This document shows, piece by piece, positions 38,699-47,864 of a DNA stretch of 64,000 nucleotides. How positions within the stretch are numbered: position 1 is the first letter of the stretch; every line of letters begins with the position of its first letter. Below the pieces are notes generated by a model that was not told where the DNA came from, made no database searches, and worked only from the letters and a program-made list of their open reading frames with translations. The translations under genes and the position numbers were made by a program. The DNA is from Dehalococcoidia bacterium (lineage in GTDB: Bacteria > Chloroflexota > Dehalococcoidia > Bin125), in NCBI GenBank assembly GCA_963555985.3, contig OY820591.1, positions 2,752,001-2,816,000 on the forward strand. The letters run 5' to 3'.

Positions 38699-39664
38699 CT
38701 ATTGAAACGCCGGCAGTAGTTCGGACGACATGAACTCCATGCCTCGCATGACTCGTTCGAGCTGGGATTCGCCCTGGAACGTTGGCGTGCCGACAAGGTG
38801 TTCGAGGCCGACCTTGCCGAACTGGAGCAGGTCTGCGGCTATCTGGTCGGGTGATCCGTTCAGCAGCGGTCGTCCGTCCTCGTCCAGCGACGTGTCCGTC
38901 AGGAAGATCCCCGAGAGCATCGAGATCTCCAGTTCGTCGGGATCGCGCCGGTCGCGGCGGCAGGCGGCGTGCAGACCCTCGACCTCGGCGGCGAGGTTCT
39001 CGGGCGACTGGAAGGCGGCGTGGAAGCCGTCGCCCCAGCGCGAGGCTCTGCGCCAGGCGTTGATGCCGTTGCCGCCGATCACGATTGGGATGCTGCCGCC
39101 GTCCTCGCGTTGGGCGGGTTTGGGATATGCGCCGACTTGATCGAAGGAGACGTAGCGGCCGTGGAACGAGGACGGTCCGGTGTTCGTCCACATCTCCTTC
39201 ATCGCGCGCAGGAACTCGTTCGTGACTGCGCCGCGGCGGCGGTAGTGCTCCTCCGAGAGGCCGAGCGCTTCGAACTCCTCGCGCATCCAGCCGACGCCTG
39301 CGCCGAGGACGATCCGTCCGCCCGAGAGCCGATCCGCCGCCGCCAGCATCTTGGCGGTGACGGCCGGGTGTCGGTAGGGGATGACCAGCACCGAGACGCC
39401 GATCTCGACGGATTCCGTCGCTTCGGCCAGGGCGCACATCATCGTCAGCGGCTCGAAGCACTCGATTGAGGGAGGCGCGGGGAAGTCGCCGGTCTCGTTG
39501 TAGGGATAGCGCGACTCGATTGAGGTTGGGATGACCACGTGGTCGTTGCACCAAACCGAATCGAAGCCGAGGTCTTCGGCGGCCTGGGCGACTTCGAGGC
39601 AGGCGTCCACGCCTCCCGGATCACCGAATCCGCCCATGTTGCCTACGCCAACGCCGAATCGCAT
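38699..39664 (-). CDS. LLM-class F420-dependent oxidoreductase (Rv2161c-like), paralogue B
   Basis: GFDSVWCNDHV, SRYPYNETG, GAGVGWMREEFEALG. Confidence 0.93.
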   Translation of the reverse strand: MRFGVGVGNMGGFGDPGGVDACLEVAQAAEDLGFDSVWCNDHVVIPTSIESRYPYNETGDFPAPPSIECFEPLTMMCALAEATESVEIGVSVLVIPYRHPAVTAKMLAAADRLSGGRIVLGAGVGWMREEFEALGLSEEHYRRRGAVTNEFLRAMKEMWTNTGPSSFHGRYVSFDQVGAYPKPAQREDGGSIPIVIGGNGINAWRRASRWGDGFHAAFQSPENLAAEVEGLHAACRRDRRDPDELEISMLSGIFLTDTSLDEDGRPLLNGSPDQIAADLLQFGKVGLEHLVGTPTFQGESQLERVMRGMEFMSSELLPAFQ

Positions 39665-39804
39665 GGCCGCCCCTCCAAACGTTCGGCCGCGCTGTTGCCG
39701 ATGCGCGGCTGCGCGAATAGTAGGCGTTCAGGCGCAGGCGCTGCCAGACGAGTCGGCGATACACTGGCGCTCGCAGGCCGTGGACGGCGGATGCGGAGGC
39801 GGCA

Positions 39805-40848
39805 ATGTCGGAGTGGTCTCGCGCGAAGCCCGCAACCGCAGCACCATCCGAGGCCGTGCCTGTGGCTGCGCCCGCTCCGAGCGCGCCTCCTGCGCCGCTC
39901 CCGGATCATGCGCCGTTTGCCGATCTCCGCGCCGAGATCGCGCAGGTGATCGTCGGGCAGGATGCGCTGATCACGCGGCTGCTGATCGCGCTGCTCTGCG
40001 ATGGACACTGCCTGATCGAGGGCGTGCCTGGATTGGCGAAGTCGCTGACTGTGAGTACGCTCGCGGCCTGTCTGGACGCCGACTACACACGCTTGCAGTT
40101 CACTCCGGATTTGCTGCCGGCAGACCTCACCGGCAGCGAGATCTACAACGCGGCCCAGGCCGAATTTCATGTGCGGCAGGGGCCGATCTTCACCAATGTG
40201 CTGCTCGCTGACGAGATCAACCGCGCGCCGGCCAAGGTGCAATCGGCGCTGCTTGAGGCGATGCAGGAGCGGCAGGTCTCGATCGGCGGGGAGAGTTTTC
40301 CTTTGCCGCAGCCGTTTCTGGTGCTGGCGACGCAGAATCCGATTGAGCAGGAAGGCACCTATCCGCTGCCGGAAGCGCAGCTCGATCGCTTCATGCTCAA
40401 GGTGGTGGTGGATTATCCGGGCGAACTTGACGAGCGCGAGGTGCTTGACCGCCAGCTCGATGCAGCCGTGCCCACTGTGCAATCAGTGACGGACACGGCT
40501 GCATTGCTCGATGCGCGTCGTTCCGTCGCTGAAGTGCGGCTGGAACCGTCGCTGCGGGACTACATCGTGCAGCTCGCGCGGGCGACGCGCGCGCCTGCTC
40601 GCTGGCGGCGCGAACTGGCGGCCTATGTCCGCCACGGCGCTTCGCCGCGAGCGACGGCTGCGCTGGCGCAGGCGGCGCGCGCCCATGCCTGGCTCTCGGG
40701 CCGCGATTATGCGACTCCCGACGACGTGAAGACGCTCGCCTTGGACACCCTGCGGCACCGGATCGTGCTGAGCTACGAAGCCGAAGCCGACGAAATCGAC
40801 TCCGACCAGGTAATCAGCGAACTGTTGCAAGCATTGCCCCTACCGTGA
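39805..40848 (+). CDS. moxR: MoxR-family AAA+ ATPase
   Basis: GVPGLAKS Walker [42 protein letters not shown]. Confidence 0.95.
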   Translation: MSEWSRAKPATAAPSEAVPVAAPAPSAPPAPLPDHAPFADLRAEIAQVIVGQDALITRLLIALLCDGHCLIEGVPGLAKSLTVSTLAACLDADYTRLQFTPDLLPADLTGSEIYNAAQAEFHVRQGPIFTNVLLADEINRAPAKVQSALLEAMQERQVSIGGESFPLPQPFLVLATQNPIEQEGTYPLPEAQLDRFMLKVVVDYPGELDEREVLDRQLDAAVPTVQSVTDTAALLDARRSVAEVRLEPSLRDYIVQLARATRAPARWRRELAAYVRHGASPRATAALAQAARAHAWLSGRDYATPDDVKTLALDTLRHRIVLSYEAEADEIDSDQVISELLQALPLP

Positions 40849-41816
40849 CCGACGATGCCGTGAACCACCAGCGCTCGATCCTGGAACGCGCCCGCGATTG
40901 GCTGATTCCGCCCTTGCCGCCGGAGGGGGAAGAGGCGGCGCTTGCGCCTGAGCAGTTGCGTCGCGCGGTGCGGCGGATTGAGATCCGGGCGCGGAGATTG
41001 CTCCGCGATCAGCTGGCCGGTCAGTATGCGGCCGCTTTTCGCGGTCGCGGGATCGAGTTCGCCGAACTGCGGCCGTATGCGCCGGGGGACGAGGTGCGCA
41101 GCATCGACTGGAAGGCGACCGCGCGGCTGCGCCAGCCGGTGGTGCGGCGCTACGTTGAGGAACGCGAGCAGACCGTGCTGCTGCTGGTCGATCTGAGCGG
41201 CTCGGCCGGGTACGCCGCGAGTGGGCCGTCGGTCGCCAATCGCGCGATCGAGATTGCGGGCGTGCTCGGCTTTGCGGCTGCTGCGGCCAACGATCTGGTT
41301 GGGGCGGTCGCGTTCTCGAACCAGATCGACTTCACGATTCCGCCGGCCAAAGGCTCGCAGCATGTGCTGCGGATCGTGCGCGATCTGCTTGCTCAACCGG
41401 TGGGAGGGAGGACCGAGCTGGCCCGTGCCTTCCAACACGCGGGACGGCTGATGCGGCGGCGCGGGATCGTGATCATCATCGGCGACTTCATCGCGGTGCA
41501 TCCCGATCACGTCTGGGAACCGAGCCTGAGCCAGCTCGCCTTGCGGCATGATGTGGTGGCGGTCTGCGTGCGCGATCCGGAGGAGTCGCGGCTGCCGGCT
41601 GCGCCGCTGGCGACCTGGAGCGGGGCAGAGCGCGGCGATACGGTGCTGGCCGACGAAGCGACGACCGCACTCCAGCGCCGGCGGCTGCGCGAGGATCGGG
41701 ATGAGACTGTCGCTCGCCTGCGCCGCTGCGGCTGCGACGTGATTGCGCTCTCCACGACCGACGACTATCTGCCTCCGCTCACCCGCCTCTTCTACGAGCG
41801 CCGCCAACGACCATGA
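40845..41816 (+). CDS. DUF58-domain protein
   Basis: GRGIEFAELRPY.PGDEVRSIDWKATAR, DLSGS. Confidence 0.92.
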   Translation: MTDDAVNHQRSILERARDWLIPPLPPEGEEAALAPEQLRRAVRRIEIRARRLLRDQLAGQYAAAFRGRGIEFAELRPYAPGDEVRSIDWKATARLRQPVVRRYVEEREQTVLLLVDLSGSAGYAASGPSVANRAIEIAGVLGFAAAAANDLVGAVAFSNQIDFTIPPAKGSQHVLRIVRDLLAQPVGGRTELARAFQHAGRLMRRRGIVIIIGDFIAVHPDHVWEPSLSQLALRHDVVAVCVRDPEESRLPAAPLATWSGAERGDTVLADEATTALQRRRLREDRDETVARLRRCGCDVIALSTTDDYLPPLTRLFYERRQRP

Positions 41817-42688
41817 CTCGCGCCCTGTTCCTCAGTCTCTGTCTGCTGCTCGTGTTCTCTGTAGTCGCCCCTGCTGCGGCGCAGACGCCGCCCAGCGCCA
41901 GCGTCGTCGTTACGCCTGTTGATTCGCTCACCGTCGGCGATCCGGTGACGATCACCGTCACGATCACGCACGACGCGGAGACTCGCGTCGTGTTGCAGCC
42001 CGCCCTCACGCCGATGGGAGAGATGGATCCGGCCGTCCCGGAGATGGTCGCGGTCTCGCCCACCGAGACGGCCTTGACCTACGAAACTCGCGCGTTCAAG
42101 AGTGCGCGTTTCGTGATTGAATTGCCGCCAATCCCGCTCGAACGCGATGGTCAGCGGCTCGAACCCGTCAACGTCGATCCGATCCTGGTCACGGTGGTGA
42201 GCGTGCTCTCGTCAGTCACGGAACCGCGCCCGCTGACTCCGCCCGATCTGCTCGAAGCGCAGGAGCGGAACTTCGCGCCCTGGATCGTGGCGATCATCGG
42301 GATCGGCGTCGGATTCATCGCTGCGCGGCTGTTGCGGATGCGTAGGCGTTCGCAGCGCCCTGCAGAACAGCTATCGGAGATTGACGCGCCGCAGTGGGCG
42401 TTGCCCGAGTTTGATCCCTCGCTACCGCCCGCCGAACAGTGCCGGCAATTGGCGCAGGCGGTGCGCGAGCGGCTAGCGGCGGAATGGTCGCTGCCGGCGC
42501 GCTCGCTGACCACTGCCGAGTTGCCGAGAGCATTGGCGGCGGCGGGAGCGCCGGCTGCCACTGTCCAGCAGGTGCGCAATCTGTTGCAGGAGTGCGATCG
42601 GGTGCAGTATGCGGGTCGTGCGCCGGCTTCCGAGCGTCTGCGCGGCTATCACGAGCTGGCGGCGGCGATCATCGCGCAGGCTCGGTGA
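41813..42688 (+). CDS. Secreted/membrane accessory protein of the Bat-type operon (BatD/DUF4381-like)
   Basis: Signal peptide, Ig-like TVGDPVTITVTI, one TM helix, SLTTAEL...CDRVQYA. Confidence 0.7.
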   Translation: MTRALFLSLCLLLVFSVVAPAAAQTPPSASVVVTPVDSLTVGDPVTITVTITHDAETRVVLQPALTPMGEMDPAVPEMVAVSPTETALTYETRAFKSARFVIELPPIPLERDGQRLEPVNVDPILVTVVSVLSSVTEPRPLTPPDLLEAQERNFAPWIVAIIGIGVGFIAARLLRMRRRSQRPAEQLSEIDAPQWALPEFDPSLPPAEQCRQLAQAVRERLAAEWSLPARSLTTAELPRALAAAGAPAATVQQVRNLLQECDRVQYAGRAPASERLRGYHELAAAIIAQAR

Positions 42689-42701
42689 GGCGGAGAGTGC
42701 C

Positions 42702-43658
42702 ATGCAGCTTGAAGACCCCGCCTTGCTCGCGCTCTTCGCAGTGGTTCCGCTCTATCTCTGGGTGCTGGTTCGGGTGGGGCGGTTGCCGCGTCCTCGCTAT
42801 GCGTTGCCGCAGCTTGCGGGTGCGCCGCCGGATTCGGCGCAGCGGGGCTGGCGGCTGCGGCTGCTGCCCTGGCTGCCTGCGATTCGGGTGATCGCAGTCG
42901 TGTTGATCATCATCGCCATGGCCCGGCCCCAGGCGACGCAGGTCGAAGCCGTGCGGCCTGCCGAAGGCATCGACATCGTGCTCGTGATCGACACCTCAAG
43001 CTCGATGACCACGACTTACCTCTCGCAGAACGAGACCCGGATCGAGGCTGCGCGCCGGGTGGCCCGCGAGTTCGTCTCGCAGCGCGTCGAGGATCGCGTC
43101 GGGTTGGTCATGTTTCAGCGCCGCAGTTTGGTGCTGAGCCCGCTCACGCTCGACCTGGATGCGATTGACGCGATGATCGAGACCAGCGTGCGCAGCGGCT
43201 ATATACCCGACGGCACTGCCCTCGGCGTCGCGCTGGCCGAAGCCGTCGACCTGCTGCGCGACTCCGACGCGGCCAGCCGGATCGTCGTCGCCCTGACCGA
43301 CGGCGAGAACAACGTGCCCGACATCACTACCAATCAGGCCGCTTCGATCGCTCGTGCGCTCGGCGTGCGCATCTACATGATCGGCCTACCGACGCTGGGC
43401 GGGCGGACTAGCGTGGGACCGAGCGAACTCAGCCTGGTCTACATCGCCGACGAGACCGGCGGCGTCTACTTCCGCGCCGAAGACGCCAACGAACTGGCCG
43501 AGGCGTATGACCACATCAGCCAGCTTGAACGCGAGCGTGTGGGCGAAGAAACCCTGCTGACCACACGCGAGCTGGCTCCGCTGCTGCTGATTCCGGCGGG
43601 GCTGCTGATCCTGCTCGAACTGGCGCTGCGCGGCAGCTGGTGGCGGCGAGCTCCGTAA
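42702..43658 (+). CDS. VWA-domain protein (BatA-like)
   Basis: AMARPQ, MIDAS DTSSS, DRVGLV, PLTLD, LTDGEN; ATG 42702. Confidence 0.92.
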   Translation: MQLEDPALLALFAVVPLYLWVLVRVGRLPRPRYALPQLAGAPPDSAQRGWRLRLLPWLPAIRVIAVVLIIIAMARPQATQVEAVRPAEGIDIVLVIDTSSSMTTTYLSQNETRIEAARRVAREFVSQRVEDRVGLVMFQRRSLVLSPLTLDLDAIDAMIETSVRSGYIPDGTALGVALAEAVDLLRDSDAASRIVVALTDGENNVPDITTNQAASIARALGVRIYMIGLPTLGGRTSVGPSELSLVYIADETGGVYFRAEDANELAEAYDHISQLERERVGEETLLTTRELAPLLLIPAGLLILLELALRGSWWRRAP

Positions 43659-45532
43659 TGGCCTGGGGAGCGCCGGAAGCGCTGGCCGCGCTCGTACTTG
43701 CGCCGATCGCGTTGGCGGCGGTCTGGTGGCTCTGGCGCTGGCGGCGCGTGCATCGGATTGCGACGCGAGCGCGAGTGATCGGCGAGCGTCGGGGGAACCG
43801 TCTTGCGTACGCGCTGATCGGGCTGAGCCTGATCCTGCTCGCGCTGGCGGCTGCGCGACCGCAGTGGGGCGCAACCGAGCAGGCGCTCGAGCTCTCCGAG
43901 TTCGCCGTGGTGATCGCGCTCGATGTCTCGCAGAGCATGGCGGCTGAGGATGTCACGCCCAGCCGCTTTGCCGCGGCCCAGGCGGAAGTTCGCCGCCTGG
44001 TCGACGCGCGGCGCGGCGACCGGATCGGACTCGTGATCTTCGCGGGACAGCCATTCCTGCGTTTCCCGCTCACTCGTGATCACGCGAGCGCGCTGGCGGT
44101 GCTCGATGCGCTACAGCCCGGTGAGGCGCTTGCGCCGCCCGGCTCGAATATCGCGGCCGCGATCGAGACCGCCCGCGCGACGCTGGCACGAGAGGAAGCT
44201 CCGGGCGTGATCGTGGTCGTCAGCGACGGCGAGACCCACAGCGGCGATGCGGTCTCAGCGGCGGCGGCCGCTTGGGAGGACGGCACACAGGTCTTCACGG
44301 TTGGAGTCGGCACGGCGGACGGAGAGAACGTGCCGATCGGCGGCGGCCTGACCGGGCGTCCACGCGAGTTCAAGATCGACGCGCGCAGCGGACGGCCAGT
44401 GGTCTCGCGGCTTGATGCGGAGTCGCTGCGTGCGATCGCCGAGACAGGCGGCGGGCGCTACATCGAGCTGCGCCGTCCCGGCTCGATGACGGCGATGAAC
44501 GCGGACTTGGCCGCGCTGGAGCTCTCGCGTGAGGTGGCCGAGGTGGAGTCGGCGCTGCACGAGCAGTACCGCTGGTTCGCGCTGCTGGCGCTACTGGCAC
44601 TAATCGGCGCGAGCGCCGTGCGACTGTTGGCTCACGGAGGCTGGGCGCGGAATCGTGCGGTGCGTCGTGCCGCGCGGGTGTTGGGGCTGACGGCGCTTGT
44701 CGCGTCGGCCGCGGCGGTCAGCGGTTGTCAAGCTTCGGCTGTCGAGCGCGCTAATACCGAGGGCGCCGAACACTATGCCGCTGGTCGCTACGGGGAAGCG
44801 CTGGAATCCTGGCGTGAGGCGCAGCGGGCGGATCAGCGCGACGGCGCGATCGATCCGCGTCTGCACCTGAACGCCGGGCGGGCGCTGCACCAGTTGGGCC
44901 AATACGAGCGGGCCGAAACCGAGTCGCTGGCGGCGCTGCGCTCGACCGATCCGGCGCAGCGGGCGTTGGCTTGGTTCCATACGGGCAATCACCGCTGGGC
45001 CAACGAAGATCCGCTCGGAGCCAGAGCTGCCTACATCGAGGCCTTGCGTGAACAACCCGAGCTGCTCGACGCGAAGATCAACCTCGAACTGGTCAACCTA
45101 CTGCTCGATCAGGTGGAATCGGCGCAGTCCGAGCAGGAGGGCGCCGCACTCGCGGCTGAGTCGGAGCAATCCGCTGAAGCGGAGGGGCCTGGACTGAGCG
45201 CCGAGGCAGAGCAAACCGGGCAGGCGGCAGCTCCGGCGGAGGGCGAGCCGGAGTCCGCTGAGTCAGGATCGTCGGCCGCGGCTGAGAGTGAGGCTGATAC
45301 AGAGGGACAGAACGCCGGCGCGCCGACCAATCCCACGTTCGCCGAAGAAGATCGCTCCGACGCGCGGCGCGAAGCATTAGCCGAGCTCCAGGAGGCGTTG
45401 GACGCGCTGCCGCTGGAGGAGGCGAGCCTGGAGCAGGCCTTGGCAGTGCTGGATGCGCTGAGGGCGGTACCCGGTGATCGCCTGGCGGCGGGATCGTTGC
45501 CGACCGCGGAGTCCGGTGTGGCGGATTGGTAG
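43658..45532 (+). CDS. VWA plus TPR protein (BatB/BatC-like fusion)
   Basis: AAARPQWG, DVSQS, DRIGL, SDGE; then TPR repeats and an acidic tail; TAATG overlap. Confidence 0.88.
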   Translation: MAWGAPEALAALVLAPIALAAVWWLWRWRRVHRIATRARVIGERRGNRLAYALIGLSLILLALAAARPQWGATEQALELSEFAVVIALDVSQSMAAEDVTPSRFAAAQAEVRRLVDARRGDRIGLVIFAGQPFLRFPLTRDHASALAVLDALQPGEALAPPGSNIAAAIETARATLAREEAPGVIVVVSDGETHSGDAVSAAAAAWEDGTQVFTVGVGTADGENVPIGGGLTGRPREFKIDARSGRPVVSRLDAESLRAIAETGGGRYIELRRPGSMTAMNADLAALELSREVAEVESALHEQYRWFALLALLALIGASAVRLLAHGGWARNRAVRRAARVLGLTALVASAAAVSGCQASAVERANTEGAEHYAAGRYGEALESWREAQRADQRDGAIDPRLHLNAGRALHQLGQYERAETESLAALRSTDPAQRALAWFHTGNHRWANEDPLGARAAYIEALREQPELLDAKINLELVNLLLDQVESAQSEQEGAALAAESEQSAEAEGPGLSAEAEQTGQAAAPAEGEPESAESGSSAAAESEADTEGQNAGAPTNPTFAEEDRSDARREALAELQEALDALPLEEASLEQALAVLDALRAVPGDRLAAGSLPTAESGVADW

Positions 45533-45555
45533 GGGATGTTGGGATCCTGTCTGCG

Positions 45556-45640
45556 GAGACCGTTGCAAAAGTCCCCTCCCCTCTCCCCCTTGGAGACCTG
45601 CGCATAATCCCCATTTCCGTCATTCCCGCGAAAGCGGGAA
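45556..45640. repeat. Repeat cluster forming the left part of the IS30 target
   Basis: ggagaccgttgcaaaa, ggagacctgcgcataatc, cgtcattcccgcgaaagcgggaa. Confidence 0.8.
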
Positions 45641-46636
45641 GGTGGGTTCACATTGCAACTGCAACAACTGCCGACCGAAGACTTCGGCCGGGGAGAGGTA
45701 GTCGAGGCACTGGCGGGGGGTGTTGTTGTACAACTGCAGCACTTCGATCAAACGCGCGAGGCTGAGTTGGGCGAGGTCGAGCCGGCGCGGCAGGACCCGG
45801 CGCAGGCGTCCGATCGCATTCTCGATCCCGCCCTTCTGCCAGGGCGCGTAGGGGTCGCAGAAGAAGGTCTCCACGCCCAGCCGGTGCAGTTCGTAGTGGC
45901 GGGCGAACTCGGTCCCGTTGTCGAACGCGACCGTGCGCCGCAGGGCGGGCGGCCAGGCGCGGAGCAGGCTGAGCAGCAGGCGCGCGACCGGAGCGGCCGC
46001 CTTGCCCGCCACGGGCAAGCCCACGAGCAGCCGCGAGGAGCGCTCGTGCAGCATCAGCAGGAGCGGACCGCCGCGCCCGAAGAGCATCAGGTCGGCCTCC
46101 CAGTGACCGGCTTCGAGCCGCCCGGCGGCCGCCGCCGGGCGCTCGCTCAGGGGCCGCCGCAGTTGGATGCGCTCGACCGAACTGCCGCCTTTGCGCCCGC
46201 GCCAACCGCGTTTCGCCTTGCGCCGCGGCAGATACTGGCGCCAACCGCCGCCGCGGCCGGGCTTGGCCCGCGAGGCTTGGGCGTAGATGAAGCGGTAGAT
46301 GCTCTCGTGCGAGATCACCGGCGCGCCCGCCTCGCGCGCCAGCCGGCCTGCGACCTGTTGCGGCGAGAGCCCGCGGGCCAACTCGCGCAGCACCCGCGCG
46401 CGCAGCTGATCGTCGCGTTCCAGCCGCGAACCGCGCCAGCGCCGCGCCTGGGCCTGTTGCTGGGCGTAGTCGGGACGGTAGCCGTCGCGCGCCGTGTTGC
46501 GTTTCAGCTCTCGAGCAATCGTCGATGGCGAGCGATCCAGAGCTGCAGCGATCTGCCGGATCGAGCGCCCCTCGGCCTGTAAGCGGGCAACCGCGCATCG
46601 CTCCGCCAGGTCCAACTGCGTGTACTGCGCGCCCAT
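45620..46636 (-). CDS. IS30-family transposase
   Basis: HTH SIRQIAAALDRSPSTIARELKRN, ISHESIYRFIY, GHWEADL, FDNGTEF, PWQKGGIEN, YNNTPRQCL. Confidence 0.96.
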   Translation of the reverse strand: MGAQYTQLDLAERCAVARLQAEGRSIRQIAAALDRSPSTIARELKRNTARDGYRPDYAQQQAQARRWRGSRLERDDQLRARVLRELARGLSPQQVAGRLAREAGAPVISHESIYRFIYAQASRAKPGRGGGWRQYLPRRKAKRGWRGRKGGSSVERIQLRRPLSERPAAAAGRLEAGHWEADLMLFGRGGPLLLMLHERSSRLLVGLPVAGKAAAPVARLLLSLLRAWPPALRRTVAFDNGTEFARHYELHRLGVETFFCDPYAPWQKGGIENAIGRLRRVLPRRLDLAQLSLARLIEVLQLYNNTPRQCLDYLSPAEVFGRQLLQLQCEPTFPLSRE

Positions 46637-46680
46637 GGGCTCACCTCAATCATCTGTCGCACTTCGTCTGTGAGACTAGG
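45641..46680 (-). mobile_element. IS30-family insertion sequence (~1040 bp)
   Basis: Imperfect 26-bp IRs (ggtgggttcacattgcaactgcaaca / reverse complement cctagtctcacagacgaagtgcgaca); GAA direct repeat at 45638-45640 and 46681-46683. Confidence 0.9.
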
Positions 46681-46755
46681 GAATCTCGAAGCACCCCAAG
46701 TCCGAAGCCATCTCCACATCTGGTCGTACCGCCAACCCGCATCGCGCGATCCGTT
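46681..46755. repeat. Right part of the IS30 target: conserved spacer element
   Basis: gaatctcgaagcaccccaag...ggtcgtaccgccaacc..catcgcgcgatccg, inverted copy of 6597-6670 and 33085-33160. Confidence 0.85.
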
Positions 46756-46789
46756 CCCTCCCCTCTCCATAAACCACAATACACAACCC

Positions 46790-46830
46790 CGAACACCAAT
46801 TCACTATAGTCACCACAGAACCCATGTATC
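46790..46830 (+). promoter_or_regulatory. Putative promoter with two degenerate LexA-like boxes flanking TATAGT
   Basis: CGAAC-ACCA-ATTC (46790), TATAGT (46805), AGAAC-CCAT-GTAT (46817). Confidence 0.4.
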
Positions 46831-46850
46831 ACTACCTGAAAGGACTACCC

Positions 46851-47542
46851 ATGCAGATCCACCCCGCCCGCCGCCGCCGCGCGCTCCGCGTCCACTACCT
46901 CCGACAGCGCGGCCACTCGCTGCGCAAGATCGGCGAACAACTCGGCCTCTCCCACACCACCGTCCGCGACGACCTCCAACTGCTCGAAGCCCACTGGAGC
47001 AGCATCGCCGCCCCGGCCGCCGACGATCTCCTGCTCGAATCCCTGCAACTGCTCCAGTTCCGGCTCGCCCTCGCCACGCGCGACGACGAAGTCGCCCGCC
47101 TCGCCGACCACCTCACCCCGGTCGAGTACCTCCGCGCCCGCGACGCCCAGGACGCCCAGCTCACCGCCCTCGTCCGCGAGATCCGGCGCACCGTCGGCGA
47201 GGTCCACCGCCGCGCCGAGCAGCGCCCCGACCAACCCGGCCTCCAGGCCGAAGAGTCGCCGACCCCGGCCGAAACTCCCCAACCTTCCACAGCTTTACAG
47301 CCCGAATCGACGATCTCCAGTGCAGAGCGTGAGATCGTCGAAATTCCGGCCCCGCAGGAAAAATTTCTTCCAACTCCGTCCAACTCCCCGAGCCGCCCGC
47401 ACACGACGCTCTGCTCAGCGAAGTCGTCGACCGCTTCCCCCAGCTCCAAGGCCAGTCGGAGGAGCACATCCTCGAATTCCTCGACCAATTCACCAGCCCC
47501 AACGAGGAGCACACCCAAATCCAGACCGCAGCCGCCGGCTAA
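46851..47542 (+). CDS. HTH-domain protein, probably frameshifted (-1) at the A-run 47359-47363
   Basis: AAAGGA RBS; RQRGHSLRKIGEQLGLSHTTVRDDL HTH; the -1 frame after 47363 gives a protein-like C-terminus ending at TAA 47542. Confidence 0.7.
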
Positions 47543-47566
47543 CTCCCATCTCCTCCCCGTGATCGA

Positions 47567-47800
47567 TCTCCCCCTTGAGGAGACCTGCGCCTAATCCCAA
47601 ATTCCGTCATTCCCGCGAACGCGGGAATCCATGCGGCGTATCGAGTGGGACGTGAAGTCCCGCGAACGCGGGAATGACGAAACGCGCAGATCGGGGACTT
47701 CCGCAGAAGCCTGCCCCTGCGTAGGCAGGGGGACTCCGCAGGCGCGGAGGGAGATGTCGCAGCCTGCCTCTGGCCTGAACAGGGGGCAGAGGGAGAAGGG
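47567..47800. repeat. Nested palindromic repeat cluster
   Basis: gagacctgcgcctaatc, inverted doublet of cccgcgaacgcgggaat, and agcctgcccctg / agcctgcctctggcctgaacaggg inserts. Confidence 0.85.
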
Positions 47801-47864
47801 AACTGGTGTAGGGAAGTGGGGACTGATTCGTTCTTGGGTGATTTGAGATTCTCGGTTGTGTGTT

